Below, in pieces: positions 27,616-37,254 of a stretch of DNA of 64,000 nucleotides; the stretch's first letter is position 1, and each line of letters starts with the position of its first letter. The DNA comes from an uncultured Ignavibacteriaceae bacterium (lineage in GTDB: Bacteria > Bacteroidota > Ignavibacteria > Ignavibacteriales > Ignavibacteriaceae). Both the position numbers and the translations under genes were made by a program. The notes beneath the pieces were generated by a model. That model saw only the letters and a list, made by a program, of their open reading frames with translations. It was not told where the DNA came from and made no database searches. The stretch is taken from NCBI GenBank assembly GCA_964498065.1, contig CAZCFZ010000016.1:8794-72793 (forward strand), in the 5' to 3' direction.

Positions 27616-27684
27616 ATTGAAAATTTGTAATTCAAAGATAACAAAAAATCAGAATTAAAATTGAATGTTATATTTAAAAAAGAT

Positions 27685-29037
27685 TTATGTGTGTACTTTT
27701 AAACCGGACTCTACTTTTATCTTATTGGTTTGCAAATGAATTTTAAGTGTTAATAATAATGATATACCCAATCCAGCCACCCCGAGAATTGGTATTGCAC
27801 CGAATCCAATAATACCAATCAAGGGACCTCCCGTGAAAGTACCTAATACAGTGGCAACTGCGCCCGATGCATTATATAATCCCATTGCTTCGCCTTCACT
27901 TACCGGAGTTAATTCAGCGGTAATTGTCGTGCCGGTTACGCTCAGAATTGGCCAGGATAAAATAATTAACACAAAGGCAAGTGAAGCTATTAAAGGCATT
28001 ATTGATAATTTGAGAAAAATAAGAAAAAGCAAAGTACCGAAACCGAGTAATCTTAAAAAAGTTCCCCATTTGTAAATCCTTACTACACCATAATTCTCCG
28101 ATAGTCTTGTGCTTCCGGTATATAATGCTATACCTATACCGCCGGCTGCAGCATATAAAAGCGATGTAAGTCCGGGAGGAACAAAATAGGCGGTTTTCAT
28201 TGCAAGAGGAAAATATGCGAAGAATGCAGCCACACCGAAAGAAGAAATAAACCAGGAAAGTATGAATAATCCGAAAGATGTTGTTAATAACTTTTTAATA
28301 TTTCGTAATGCGCTTAAGTTCAGGTGATGGGAATGCCTTAATAAGCCGCCGCCGATTAATTCAATTTTTCCGAACTTTGCTAAGTTTCTAAAATCAAGAT
28401 CTTTTATCAAATGCTGTATTCCTGTTTGAGATTTTTTTACCGGAAGCCCTAAATGTCCTAATAAAATCGCCGGTAAAAGAAATAAAGCGCCTATCCAGAT
28501 TCCATAATTAAATAAACCTGAAGATGAAAAAACTGCGGCGATTAATAATCCGATTGTTTGACCTGCACCATTAAAACTTTGCAGCCATCCGATTCTTGAT
28601 GACCATTCATTTTGCGGATTAAATTCAACGACAAATAAGGTGGAAACAGTTGCAACAGAAGCAGTTCCTGTTCCAAGTAAAAATGAAATAATTAACCAGC
28701 TTAACAATCTTTTTGCAAAAGGAAGCACAATAAGTCCGGCAAGCAGTAATACAAATCCGCCGAAGAAAAGCAATCGATGTTTATGTTTTTTATCGGTCAG
28801 ATTTCCCCAAAGCGGCGAGGTTAACAATCCTAAATTATAAATGCCCATAACCCAAGCCACGTAAGATAAATTATGAGAAGTGGCAGTTACCATAAGGGGA
28901 AGCAGGACAGGAATGATTGCCGCAGAAACAAGTCCCAAAATTGCATATGCGGCATACCATGGTGATGTCCATTTGCGAATTGAAGAAAAAAGATTTCGTA
29001 CTAAATTTAAATTCAATTTTATAAATTCTCCTCTCAA
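27685..29037 (-). CDS. MFS transporter
   Basis: About 12 predicted transmembrane helices in two 6-helix halves joined by a central loop; 450 aa. Confidence 0.7.
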   Translation of the reverse strand: MRGEFIKLNLNLVRNLFSSIRKWTSPWYAAYAILGLVSAAIIPVLLPLMVTATSHNLSYVAWVMGIYNLGLLTSPLWGNLTDKKHKHRLLFFGGFVLLLAGLIVLPFAKRLLSWLIISFLLGTGTASVATVSTLFVVEFNPQNEWSSRIGWLQSFNGAGQTIGLLIAAVFSSSGLFNYGIWIGALFLLPAILLGHLGLPVKKSQTGIQHLIKDLDFRNLAKFGKIELIGGGLLRHSHHLNLSALRNIKKLLTTSFGLFILSWFISSFGVAAFFAYFPLAMKTAYFVPPGLTSLLYAAAGGIGIALYTGSTRLSENYGVVRIYKWGTFLRLLGFGTLLFLIFLKLSIMPLIASLAFVLIILSWPILSVTGTTITAELTPVSEGEAMGLYNASGAVATVLGTFTGGPLIGIIGFGAIPILGVAGLGISLLLTLKIHLQTNKIKVESGLKVHT

Positions 29038-29258
29038 TCAATCTAAAGTATAAGAGTCGTATTTTTGGTTAGACATTATCAACTTAAACTACCATGAATA
29101 CATTAAATCACTGCAATATAATTTTAAATCATTAACCTTATGTGAGAAGAATCAAGGAATTAATTTCAGAAGTAAATTTTTTTATTTAAGAAAATTCGGT
29201 TGTTAAAGAATTGTCAATTTTATTGAGGCGACAAAAAATTATTATCAAAAATTAAATT

Positions 29259-30122
29259 TTATTCTGTTTTATAATTTTTAATAATATAAACAAATCCGCT
29301 GATGATAATAAAAGCGAGAATTAGAAATACTGCCAAATCTCTTAACATAAAAGTCGGATCGTTATTTATAAGCATTTCAAATCCCATTGCATTTACCGCA
29401 ATAACCATCGTGAAAAAGAAACCGTAAAATAAAAATTGTATGGGATATGATTTATCCGGTCTTACCCAGAGCAAATATACGCTGATAAATCCTAACGGTA
29501 TTGAAAATCCGAGATCGAAAATACGGACAAGCCAAAAAGCTGTCGGAGCAATATCATACCCTCTAGCTGTACCTGTTGAAATAACTTCCATAATTTCTTT
29601 AATCCACATGGAAGCGAATATCATTAGGAAAAGTGAAAACAAGATGGTATAAATTATAAGTCCTATTTTCTTAAAATTGCTTTTTGCATACTTAGGAAAA
29701 ATTGAAAGTGAATACATCAATATTATCAGAGAAGATATTAAAATGAAAAGGAAGTAAAAAGTATAAAGCTGGCTGTTGCCCGAATATTCTTGCGAACTCC
29801 ATTCCCAGCCTATTGTATAACCCAAAACATAATAAATTAAATATAAAGGTGTAATTATAAGTAAATATGGAGAAATTCGTTTTCGTAAAAAAAGTGTCAC
29901 ACCTCCGGCAATTAGAATCGGACTTAAAAGAAATATATTGACAATATCCTGCCCTACAAGTTGATTATTAATAACTTGAGCCGTCTTATAATTTATGTTA
30001 TGTAGAAATAAAGGGCCTTCAATTGCCAAATAAACTAAAAAGATACCGGATACAATTGATATTATCGAAACGAAAATTCTTTCAAATGAATTGCCGAAAA
30101 TATCATCGTTTTTATTGTTCAC
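29259..30122 (-). CDS. Polytopic membrane protein of unknown function (about 8 transmembrane helices)
   Basis: Hydrophobic segments run throughout. I recognise no family motif. Confidence 0.6.
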   Translation of the reverse strand: MNNKNDDIFGNSFERIFVSIISIVSGIFLVYLAIEGPLFLHNINYKTAQVINNQLVGQDIVNIFLLSPILIAGGVTLFLRKRISPYLLIITPLYLIYYVLGYTIGWEWSSQEYSGNSQLYTFYFLFILISSLIILMYSLSIFPKYAKSNFKKIGLIIYTILFSLFLMIFASMWIKEIMEVISTGTARGYDIAPTAFWLVRIFDLGFSIPLGFISVYLLWVRPDKSYPIQFLFYGFFFTMVIAVNAMGFEMLINNDPTFMLRDLAVFLILAFIIISGFVYIIKNYKTE

Positions 30123-30179
30123 TTTAAAAACCTTTCCTTTTTAATTACGGATTAAATTCATTTTAAAAAAAAGACATTT

Positions 30180-31004
30180 TTATGCATTCAAAAACTTTAA
30201 ATGTACCATATACATTATTTTATATTTGTCGGAAAGTTTTGCTATAATCTTATTTTTAAGATTTAAACTTTTAGTCATATGTTTATACATGGGGTATTCT
30301 TCAATTATTTCAATTTTGCTGTTCCAGCCGGGGATTTCATATGCGGATTGTAAACCCCATTTTAGATAGGAATTTTCATCTAAGCCGCTTTTTTCTATAA
30401 CCATTTTATTTGCTGCTTTAACGCCTGTAGGTGTTGCCGCATCAAAGATAAATTCACCCCCCGGAAATGAATTTGACATCTTATTAAAAATTTCTTTAAT
30501 CTGATTTTCCTCAAAATAATAAAGAACTCCGGCCGCCATAAATAAAACGTTCTCTTCAACTCGTATTTTATTAAACCATTCTTCGTTTAAAAACGAGGAA
30601 GAAATATATGTTCTATTTTTACTCTCAGGTATAAATTTTCTTCTCAGCTCAATTACGTCCGGGAGATCAAGATCATACCAGATTAAATTATTGTTGTTTA
30701 CTCTTTCATATGTTGTGTCCATTCCGCATCCGATATTAATAATTGTAGCCTTAGGATATTTTTTTAAAAATTCATTTATCGTTTTATCCATATGCATGCT
30801 TCGGGCAATCCATTCGAATTGAGTAACCGGATGAATCACTCTTGATATTGTTGTAAAATCATAGTCAATTTTATTAATCACATTTAAAGCTGTATTGTCA
30901 ATTAATACCGGATGTTTTTTTTGTGTTTCAACTGCACGTCCCCATAAAGGCAGGAGCAAAGTAATTTGAACATTTCCCAGATCAATTTTTAATTTTTCAG
31001 TCAT
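30180..31004 (-). CDS. Class I SAM-dependent methyltransferase of the LCM/TcmP-like O-methyltransferase type
   Basis: N-terminal LWGRAVETQKKHPVLIDNTA, NIGCGMDT (motif I) and DLDLPDVIELR. Confidence 0.65.
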   Translation of the reverse strand: MTEKLKIDLGNVQITLLLPLWGRAVETQKKHPVLIDNTALNVINKIDYDFTTISRVIHPVTQFEWIARSMHMDKTINEFLKKYPKATIINIGCGMDTTYERVNNNNLIWYDLDLPDVIELRRKFIPESKNRTYISSSFLNEEWFNKIRVEENVLFMAAGVLYYFEENQIKEIFNKMSNSFPGGEFIFDAATPTGVKAANKMVIEKSGLDENSYLKWGLQSAYEIPGWNSKIEIIEEYPMYKHMTKSLNLKNKIIAKLSDKYKIMYMVHLKFLNA

Positions 31005-31044
31005 AAGATGAATCCCCGATTTATTTATTAATGATGAAGCTAAT

Positions 31045-31452
31045 TTACCTCAACTTTCCGCAAGAATAACAATATCCTTTATGGACACAAATAGTTCCGC
31101 CGCAATTAGAACAAGTCCATCTAATATTTTCATTTAACATAAATTTTTTAATTCCGAATTTTTTAATGTACTCAAGGTTGTCAATCATGCTCATTTGATA
31201 TTTAGTTTTATACCTTTTATCAAGATGTATTAATCTTTCGCATGGGAACTCCTTGCACTGGAAGCAAAATTTCTTTTTATCTACACTAAAATTTGGACAA
31301 TTTTTAATCTTGCAATTTGCTCGGGTAACCGGTTTTTCAGCAAAATTTAACCTGCATCCGGGACACTTATTCCTTCGTCTTAAATAACCCGTGCAAATAC
31401 TGCAGTTCATCCCGCAAGGAGCAATAAGCAATGTTTTAAATGAGTATATCAT
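31045..31452 (-). CDS. DUF3795-like cysteine-rich protein
   Basis: CGMNCSICTGYL...CPGCR...CKIKNC...CFQCKEFPC...CSNCGG. Confidence 0.6.
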   Translation of the reverse strand: MIYSFKTLLIAPCGMNCSICTGYLRRRNKCPGCRLNFAEKPVTRANCKIKNCPNFSVDKKKFCFQCKEFPCERLIHLDKRYKTKYQMSMIDNLEYIKKFGIKKFMLNENIRWTCSNCGGTICVHKGYCYSCGKLR

Positions 31453-31749
31453 AATAGTAATTTATTTTAATTCGAGAAACCTTAAACGTGAATTGGAAAA
31501 ATTCATCCGAATCAGTATTAAGTCTTCTTGCCGGGATTTTATTAATGAATCTAAATTATTCTATAATTTATCTTAAGTTGAAGATATTGCTTCATTCAAC
31601 ATAAATTGTTTTAAAAAAATATAATAAGATTTCTAGTGAGTTTTTGTCATTTAGTTTCCGCCTTTTAATTTAAGAATATTATTTTTCGGTATGATTTCCC
31701 TAAACTTAATTTATAATAAAGTGTTTTGAATTATCCATATAAAATTTTA

Positions 31750-31959
31750 TTAACTTTAAGCAGTTGTGTGAAATAAAAAATCATTTAAAAATTAGTGAAA
31801 TAATAGACACCTATGTCAGTCTGAGCGTAGTCGAAGACTTATATTCACCGTTCGACTCCGCTCACGGTGACAATTTAACGCGTTTTTGAAAATATTTTTA
31901 TATCGAAAAATTCATTTAATATATATTATTATTTAATTCACACAACGGGTTAACTTTAA
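31750..31959. mobile_element. MITE-like non-autonomous element of about 190 nt between 10-nt direct repeats
   Basis: The direct repeat TTAACTTTAA occurs at 31750-59 and 31950-59. Terminal inverted repeats GTTGTGTGAA (31763-72) and TTCACACAAC (31937-46) each sit 3 nt inside a repeat. There is no ORF inside. Confidence 0.6.
31814..31872. repeat. GC-rich imperfect palindromic (REP-like) element, copy 2, forming the core of the MITE-like unit
   Basis: TGTCAGTCTGAGCGTAGTCGAA...GTTCGACTCCGCTCACGGTGACA. Confidence 0.75.
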
Positions 31960-31973
31960 TTTAGTAAAATAAA

Positions 31974-33218
31974 CTAATCTGCAATATAAATTACCTCGCC
32001 GTTTTTTATTGTCATACAGTTCAAGTTTCTGCCAACATTATAAACAATATCGGAATAATCATTAGTATCGAAGACAGAAAAATCTGCTTTTTTACCTATT
32101 TCAATACTTCCTATTATCTTATTCATGTTTAAGGCCTTCGCAGAGTTTATAGTGACTGCAGAAATTGTTTCTTCAATAGTCATTCCCATTGTTAATGCGG
32201 CAAGACTCATTATTAAATTCATATCGCTAATATTAGATGATCCCGGATTATAATCCGTAGACAAAGCGAGAATTGCATTGTTATCAATTAATTTTCTTGC
32301 CGGTGCAATTTTATGATTTAAGAATAATGAGACTCCAGGAAATACAACACACACTATTTCAGTTTTCCCGAGTTTATTAATATCTTGATCTGTAATAACT
32401 TCCAAATGATCAACACTTAATGCGCCCAGCTTAATAGCAACGTTAATTCCGCCAATGCTGTTAAATTGATCCGTATGCAGCCTTAATTTAAAGCCTAAAT
32501 TTTTTGCTTTTGAAAAAATAGTTTCTATTTCATCGGCGGAAAAAGCTGTAGCCTCACAAAATCCGTCACAAAAATCAGCCAGTTTATTTTCGGAGATATA
32601 TGGAAGCAAATCGCTTGTTAATAACTTTATATATGAATCATGATCTTTTTTAAACTCCGGCGGATAAGTATGTGCCCCAAGAAATGTTGGTATAATGTCA
32701 ATTGGTAACTTTTGATTAAGGAAATTTATTACTTTTAAAAGCTTTACTTCATTCCGGAAATCTAATCCGTATCCGCTTTTAATTTCCAGTGTGGTTATGC
32801 CTCTGGAAATAAAATAATTAATTCTTGGTGTTATTAAGTTAATAAGATCTTCGATGCTCGAATTACGAACCGAGTTTACCGTCTTATTTATACCTCCGCC
32901 CGATTCAGCTATTTCTTCATAGCCAATTCCTTTTAATTTTTTCTTAAACTCTTCTGCTCTTGATCCCGCAAATGCTGTATGCGTATGGCACTCTACCATT
33001 CCGGGAAGTACTATCTTTCCGTTTAAATCCATTATTTCATCCGCTTCATAACTTTTTACGGAAGATGAGGGAATTATGTCTTTTATGTATTCGTTTTCAA
33101 TTACAATAGAGGAATCTGTTATTACGCCTAACTCATTTAACTCATTTCCTCTTTTATAATTTCTTCCGTAAGTATCAACGGTTACAACCTGAGAAATATT
33201 TGAAAGGATTTTTATCAT
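31974..33218 (-). CDS. hutI: Imidazolonepropionase
   Basis: ECHTHTAFAGSRAEEF motif; amidohydrolase fold; 414 aa. Confidence 0.85.
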   Translation of the reverse strand: MIKILSNISQVVTVDTYGRNYKRGNELNELGVITDSSIVIENEYIKDIIPSSSVKSYEADEIMDLNGKIVLPGMVECHTHTAFAGSRAEEFKKKLKGIGYEEIAESGGGINKTVNSVRNSSIEDLINLITPRINYFISRGITTLEIKSGYGLDFRNEVKLLKVINFLNQKLPIDIIPTFLGAHTYPPEFKKDHDSYIKLLTSDLLPYISENKLADFCDGFCEATAFSADEIETIFSKAKNLGFKLRLHTDQFNSIGGINVAIKLGALSVDHLEVITDQDINKLGKTEIVCVVFPGVSLFLNHKIAPARKLIDNNAILALSTDYNPGSSNISDMNLIMSLAALTMGMTIEETISAVTINSAKALNMNKIIGSIEIGKKADFSVFDTNDYSDIVYNVGRNLNCMTIKNGEVIYIAD

Positions 33219-33228
33219 TAAGCATTAT

Positions 33229-33780
33229 TTATTGAAAAATATTGACCGTCTGGTTTACTACTCGCGCATCTGCGAAACCCATTTGTCTAAATTTAAATGT
33301 AAGACTCCTCGCATCGCTTATATTGGTAAAATCTCCTACTTCAACCTTATAAAAAGGCGGATCAAAAATTACGTAAACAGCTCTCTGATTTGTCTTAAAA
33401 TATATTTCCGATCGCATTTTATTAGCATCATCCAAATTGTCTGTTGATAAAACCTGTACTCTGTAACCCTGAGCAGTTTTTATCACTATCCTATTTACAT
33501 CACCGGTATCGGGCTGCGTATGATAATTATACCAAACATTGAGATTTTTCCCGGGTGAAATTTTAGCCGTATCATTTATAGTTATTTTTGCCCTATAAGG
33601 AGCAAGGTTAAAATTTTCCGGATACTCGGAAACTTTTTTTTCGTTTTCGGATTTTATTTTTTCATTTTTATGTGCGCTCCCCCCTTCATTATTGTACCTG
33701 CTTCCAGTAGAAGTACCGCAAGAAAAAAGAGTTAGAGCTAAAAAACTTACGTAAATAATAATAATGTTTTTGGATTTCAT
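33229..33780 (-). CDS. SPOR domain-containing lipoprotein
   Basis: Lipobox LFSC, and a C-terminal SPOR-like region YRVQVLST...YKVEVGDFTNISDARSLTFKFRQMGFADARVV. Confidence 0.75.
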   Translation of the reverse strand: MKSKNIIIIYVSFLALTLFSCGTSTGSRYNNEGGSAHKNEKIKSENEKKVSEYPENFNLAPYRAKITINDTAKISPGKNLNVWYNYHTQPDTGDVNRIVIKTAQGYRVQVLSTDNLDDANKMRSEIYFKTNQRAVYVIFDPPFYKVEVGDFTNISDARSLTFKFRQMGFADARVVNQTVNIFQ

Positions 33781-34009
33781 CTTATACTTTCAAAAAAACT
33801 GCAATATATGCTATCTAATATAAAATAATTTATTTTTTACCGAAAGTTGAAATATTATGGTAAAAATAAATAATTATGCAAGAACAACGCTTTGTTTAGG
33901 TGTAACAGAATATTCTTATTTGGGATAGGGTAACCGAGTGAATATTTTTTTGAGAAAAATCATTTAATTTCGTAAATTGTAACATTATTCACAAAAATTT
34001 TTTAAATAT

Positions 34010-35503
34010 ATGGCTGCAAAAAAATATAAAATATTATTTGTAACGTCTGAAGTAGTCCCATTTGTTAAAACAGGGGGATTAGCGGATGTATCCGCCGCCT
34101 TGCCGCAAATGTTGGCAGAATTAGGCCATGAAGTAAGAATAGTTGTACCAAAATATGGTGCTGTTGATGATAGAAAATTTAAAATTCATGAAGTAGTCAG
34201 ATTGAAAGACCTTCATATCAATATCGGGGACAAAGATGTGATATTTTCTCTCAAATCTTGTTTCTTACCCGGACAAAAAGTAAGAGTTCAAATATATTTT
34301 CTGGATAATCAGGAATATTTTGGCAGCCGGAATAGTCTATATGTCGATCCTGTATCCGGAGAAGATTATCCCGACAATGATGAAAGATTTATTCTTTTAT
34401 CAAATGCGGTGTTTGAATTAATCTCAAAATTAGGATGGATACCCGATATTATTCATTGTAATGATTGGCAATGCGGATTAATACCTGCATATTTAAAAAC
34501 CAGATATAAAGATGATGAGCAATTTTCCAAATTTAAAGTATTATTCACTATTCATAATTTAGCTTACCAGGGAACATTCCCAAAATCTTCCTTTAAAAAA
34601 ACCGGGTTGCCCGAAGAATTAAATTCGGAAAAAGGATTGGAAATATACGGGAAACTAAATTTTATGAAATCGGGCCTTTTATTTTCTGATGTTATAAATA
34701 CTGTAAGCGAAAACTATGCTAATGAAATAAGAAGCGATAATGAGTTAGGTGCCGGTCTGAAGTCAGTTTTAGCTAAGCGTAAAAACGATTTGTACGGCAT
34801 AATAAACGGAATTGATACAAAAGTCTGGAATCCTGAAAAAGACAAACATTTACCTAAAAAATATTCTGCACAAAATCTGCATAATAAAATTATTAATAAA
34901 CAAGCTTTAGCTGATAAGTTTGGTTTCAAATTTGATGAAAATATACCAATTGTAGGAATTATCTCAAGATTATTTGATGCCAAAGGATTAGATCTAATTA
35001 ACGAAGGTTTTTCCGAATTAATGAAATTAAATATCCAGATGGTTTTACTTGGAACAGGTGATAAAAAATATCATAATTTCTTTGACAAAATGGATAAAAA
35101 ATATCCTAATAAATTTGCATGTTATTTGGGATTTGATGATGAACTGGCGCATCTTATTGAAGGTGGATCTGATATTTTATTAATGCCTTCCAGGTATGAA
35201 CCTTGCGGACTTAACCAGATGTACAGCCTGATGTATGGAACAGTACCTCTGGTAAGAGAAACCGGTGGATTGGCAGATACGGTAAATAAATACAATGAAA
35301 AAACCGGCGAGGGGAACGGATTTATGTTCAAACAATACAAAACAAACGCATTAATAAAAGAATTAAAACGGGCAATAAAAGTTTTCGAGGATAAAAAAGC
35401 CTGGAATAAAATAATGAAAAATGGTATGAAATCGGATTTTAGCTGGAATTCTTCTGCTAAAAAGTATATCGATTTGTATAAAACAGTTTTAAATAATGAA
35501 TAA
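34010..35503 (+). CDS. glgA: Glycogen synthase (GT5)
   Basis: SEVVPFVKTGGLADV N-terminal motif; PSRYEPCGLNQMY; 497 aa. Confidence 0.9.
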   Translation: MAAKKYKILFVTSEVVPFVKTGGLADVSAALPQMLAELGHEVRIVVPKYGAVDDRKFKIHEVVRLKDLHINIGDKDVIFSLKSCFLPGQKVRVQIYFLDNQEYFGSRNSLYVDPVSGEDYPDNDERFILLSNAVFELISKLGWIPDIIHCNDWQCGLIPAYLKTRYKDDEQFSKFKVLFTIHNLAYQGTFPKSSFKKTGLPEELNSEKGLEIYGKLNFMKSGLLFSDVINTVSENYANEIRSDNELGAGLKSVLAKRKNDLYGIINGIDTKVWNPEKDKHLPKKYSAQNLHNKIINKQALADKFGFKFDENIPIVGIISRLFDAKGLDLINEGFSELMKLNIQMVLLGTGDKKYHNFFDKMDKKYPNKFACYLGFDDELAHLIEGGSDILLMPSRYEPCGLNQMYSLMYGTVPLVRETGGLADTVNKYNEKTGEGNGFMFKQYKTNALIKELKRAIKVFEDKKAWNKIMKNGMKSDFSWNSSAKKYIDLYKTVLNNE

Positions 35504-36078
35504 TGCCAAGCTACGCTGTATTTTTAGATAGAGACGGCACTTTAAATGAAGACCCGGGTTATTTAGGAGATCCTAATCATTTGAAATTATTTCCTCACAC
35601 AGGGGAAGCATTGTCTATCCTTAAAAATGAATTAGATTTTAAATTAATAGTTATTTCCAACCAGTCCGGTATAGCAAGAGGATTAATTAGCAGGGAAATG
35701 GTAGATTCTGTAAATTCAAAAATAAACGAAATTCTTAAAGCAGATGACGTTGCAATAGATTCGTTTTATTATTGCCCGTCGCATCCTGATTTCAGCTCCA
35801 GGGATGAATGCCGGTGCAGAAAGCCTTCGCCGGAATTGGTTTTCAAAGCTGCTGAAGATCTTAAAATTGATTTAACTAAATCTTATTTTGTCGGCGATTC
35901 CGTAACTGATATTGAATGCGGAATAAATGCCGGCTTAAAGACAATTCTTGTAAAAACGGGTTACGGTGAGGAAAGTTTTTCTATCTTGCAAAAACAAAAT
36001 AAATTTCCCACTTTTGTTGCTCAAAATATTATTGAAGTTTGTTCTTTCATCAAAAAAGACTTTACTGGAGAAAATTAA
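35503..36078 (+). CDS. gmhB: D-glycero-D-manno-heptose 1,7-bisphosphate phosphatase (HAD-IIIA)
   Basis: FLDRDGTLN and the zinc motif YYCPSHP...CRCRKP, plus GDSVTD. Confidence 0.8.
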   Translation: MPSYAVFLDRDGTLNEDPGYLGDPNHLKLFPHTGEALSILKNELDFKLIVISNQSGIARGLISREMVDSVNSKINEILKADDVAIDSFYYCPSHPDFSSRDECRCRKPSPELVFKAAEDLKIDLTKSYFVGDSVTDIECGINAGLKTILVKTGYGEESFSILQKQNKFPTFVAQNIIEVCSFIKKDFTGEN

Positions 36079-37254
36079 TTGATATACCGTAAAATAATAA
36101 TAGTTTTTGCCGGAATTATGGCTTTTGTTTTATATTCTTGCAAGGATAATTCTACATTGGTAGGAGCAGGTTTACTTAAAAATGATTATCTACATGTTAA
36201 GCAACTGGATTCATATGCTGATTCTATTCATCAGACTTCTAAATATGCCAAGGAGGTAGTACCTCTTGGCGCTTCAAACTATCTTTATGTTGGAAAAGCT
36301 GCCAATGTACAAGCATCTGCTTTAGTAAAATATGCAATCTATTTACCTGATTCTGTATTAACGGATATAAATAACAATGCAGTCAGTGTTATTAATGCTA
36401 ATATAACATTTCAAACGGCTTATACATTCGGCGATTCAAATGCTGCTTTCGATTTTTCCGTACATAAAGTTAACAGCCTTTGGACTCAAATCGGATTTGA
36501 TGCCGATTCAACATTGAATCTGGATCCAACCGATATAAGTTCAAACCACCAAATATCGGATAGTCTGGTCAATGCGAATATATCAAATTCTTTAGTAACA
36601 AATTGGCTCAAAGAAATAAACGATTCCACTTATAGCTCTGATTATGGAATTTGTCTTTCTCCTTCAAGCGGGACACAAAAAGTAGTTGGTTTTGAAATAT
36701 TGAATTCAAGTTTAACTGCTGCTTCTTCATTACAAATCGTATTACAAAAGCCCGGTGTTTACACTGATACACTTTTATTTTATCCTTTACAAAGTACTAG
36801 TGTAGTCAGCGGTAATCTTCCAACTGCCGTAAAGGGAGACATGTTTGTTCAAAGCAGTTTATTAATAAATTCCAAATTATGGTTTGACGTTTCTTCAATT
36901 CCTAAAAATGCTACGATTAATAATGCCGAATTAACACTAACAAAAGATTCCGTTTCTACTATTACAGGCAATACTTATATAAATGCATTAAGTGTATATA
37001 AATTAGCTGACAGCACCACTAATGTTTTATCGGATTCTAACAATGTGTTTGTATTAACCGGTTCCGGTAATATATTTCGAGGAAGTATTACTACATTTGT
37101 TCAAAGCTGGGTTGATAAGGGAAATAATCAAGGTCTGCTTATTAGTACAAATACTCCGTTAAACGGATTAGAATTATTTGCGATTAAAAATAGTAGTGCA
37201 TCGGATTTATCTGTTAGACCGCGTTTACAAATTACATATACAATTAATAATTGA
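36079..37254 (+). CDS. Lipoprotein with a DNRLRE-like (possibly DUF4270-like) C-terminal domain
   Basis: TTG start; lipobox VLYSC; INNAELTLTK...WVDKGNNQGLLIS...VRPRLQITY. Confidence 0.55.
   Translation: MIYRKIIIVFAGIMAFVLYSCKDNSTLVGAGLLKNDYLHVKQLDSYADSIHQTSKYAKEVVPLGASNYLYVGKAANVQASALVKYAIYLPDSVLTDINNNAVSVINANITFQTAYTFGDSNAAFDFSVHKVNSLWTQIGFDADSTLNLDPTDISSNHQISDSLVNANISNSLVTNWLKEINDSTYSSDYGICLSPSSGTQKVVGFEILNSSLTAASSLQIVLQKPGVYTDTLLFYPLQSTSVVSGNLPTAVKGDMFVQSSLLINSKLWFDVSSIPKNATINNAELTLTKDSVSTITGNTYINALSVYKLADSTTNVLSDSNNVFVLTGSGNIFRGSITTFVQSWVDKGNNQGLLISTNTPLNGLELFAIKNSSASDLSVRPRLQITYTINN

Noticed and set aside
26000-32000. A genomic island or prophage at tRNA-Arg
   Set aside because: There is no integrase, transposase, phage or conjugation gene. 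tadA inside the interval is normally essential and core. I report only the short repeat and the MITE-like element, not an island call.
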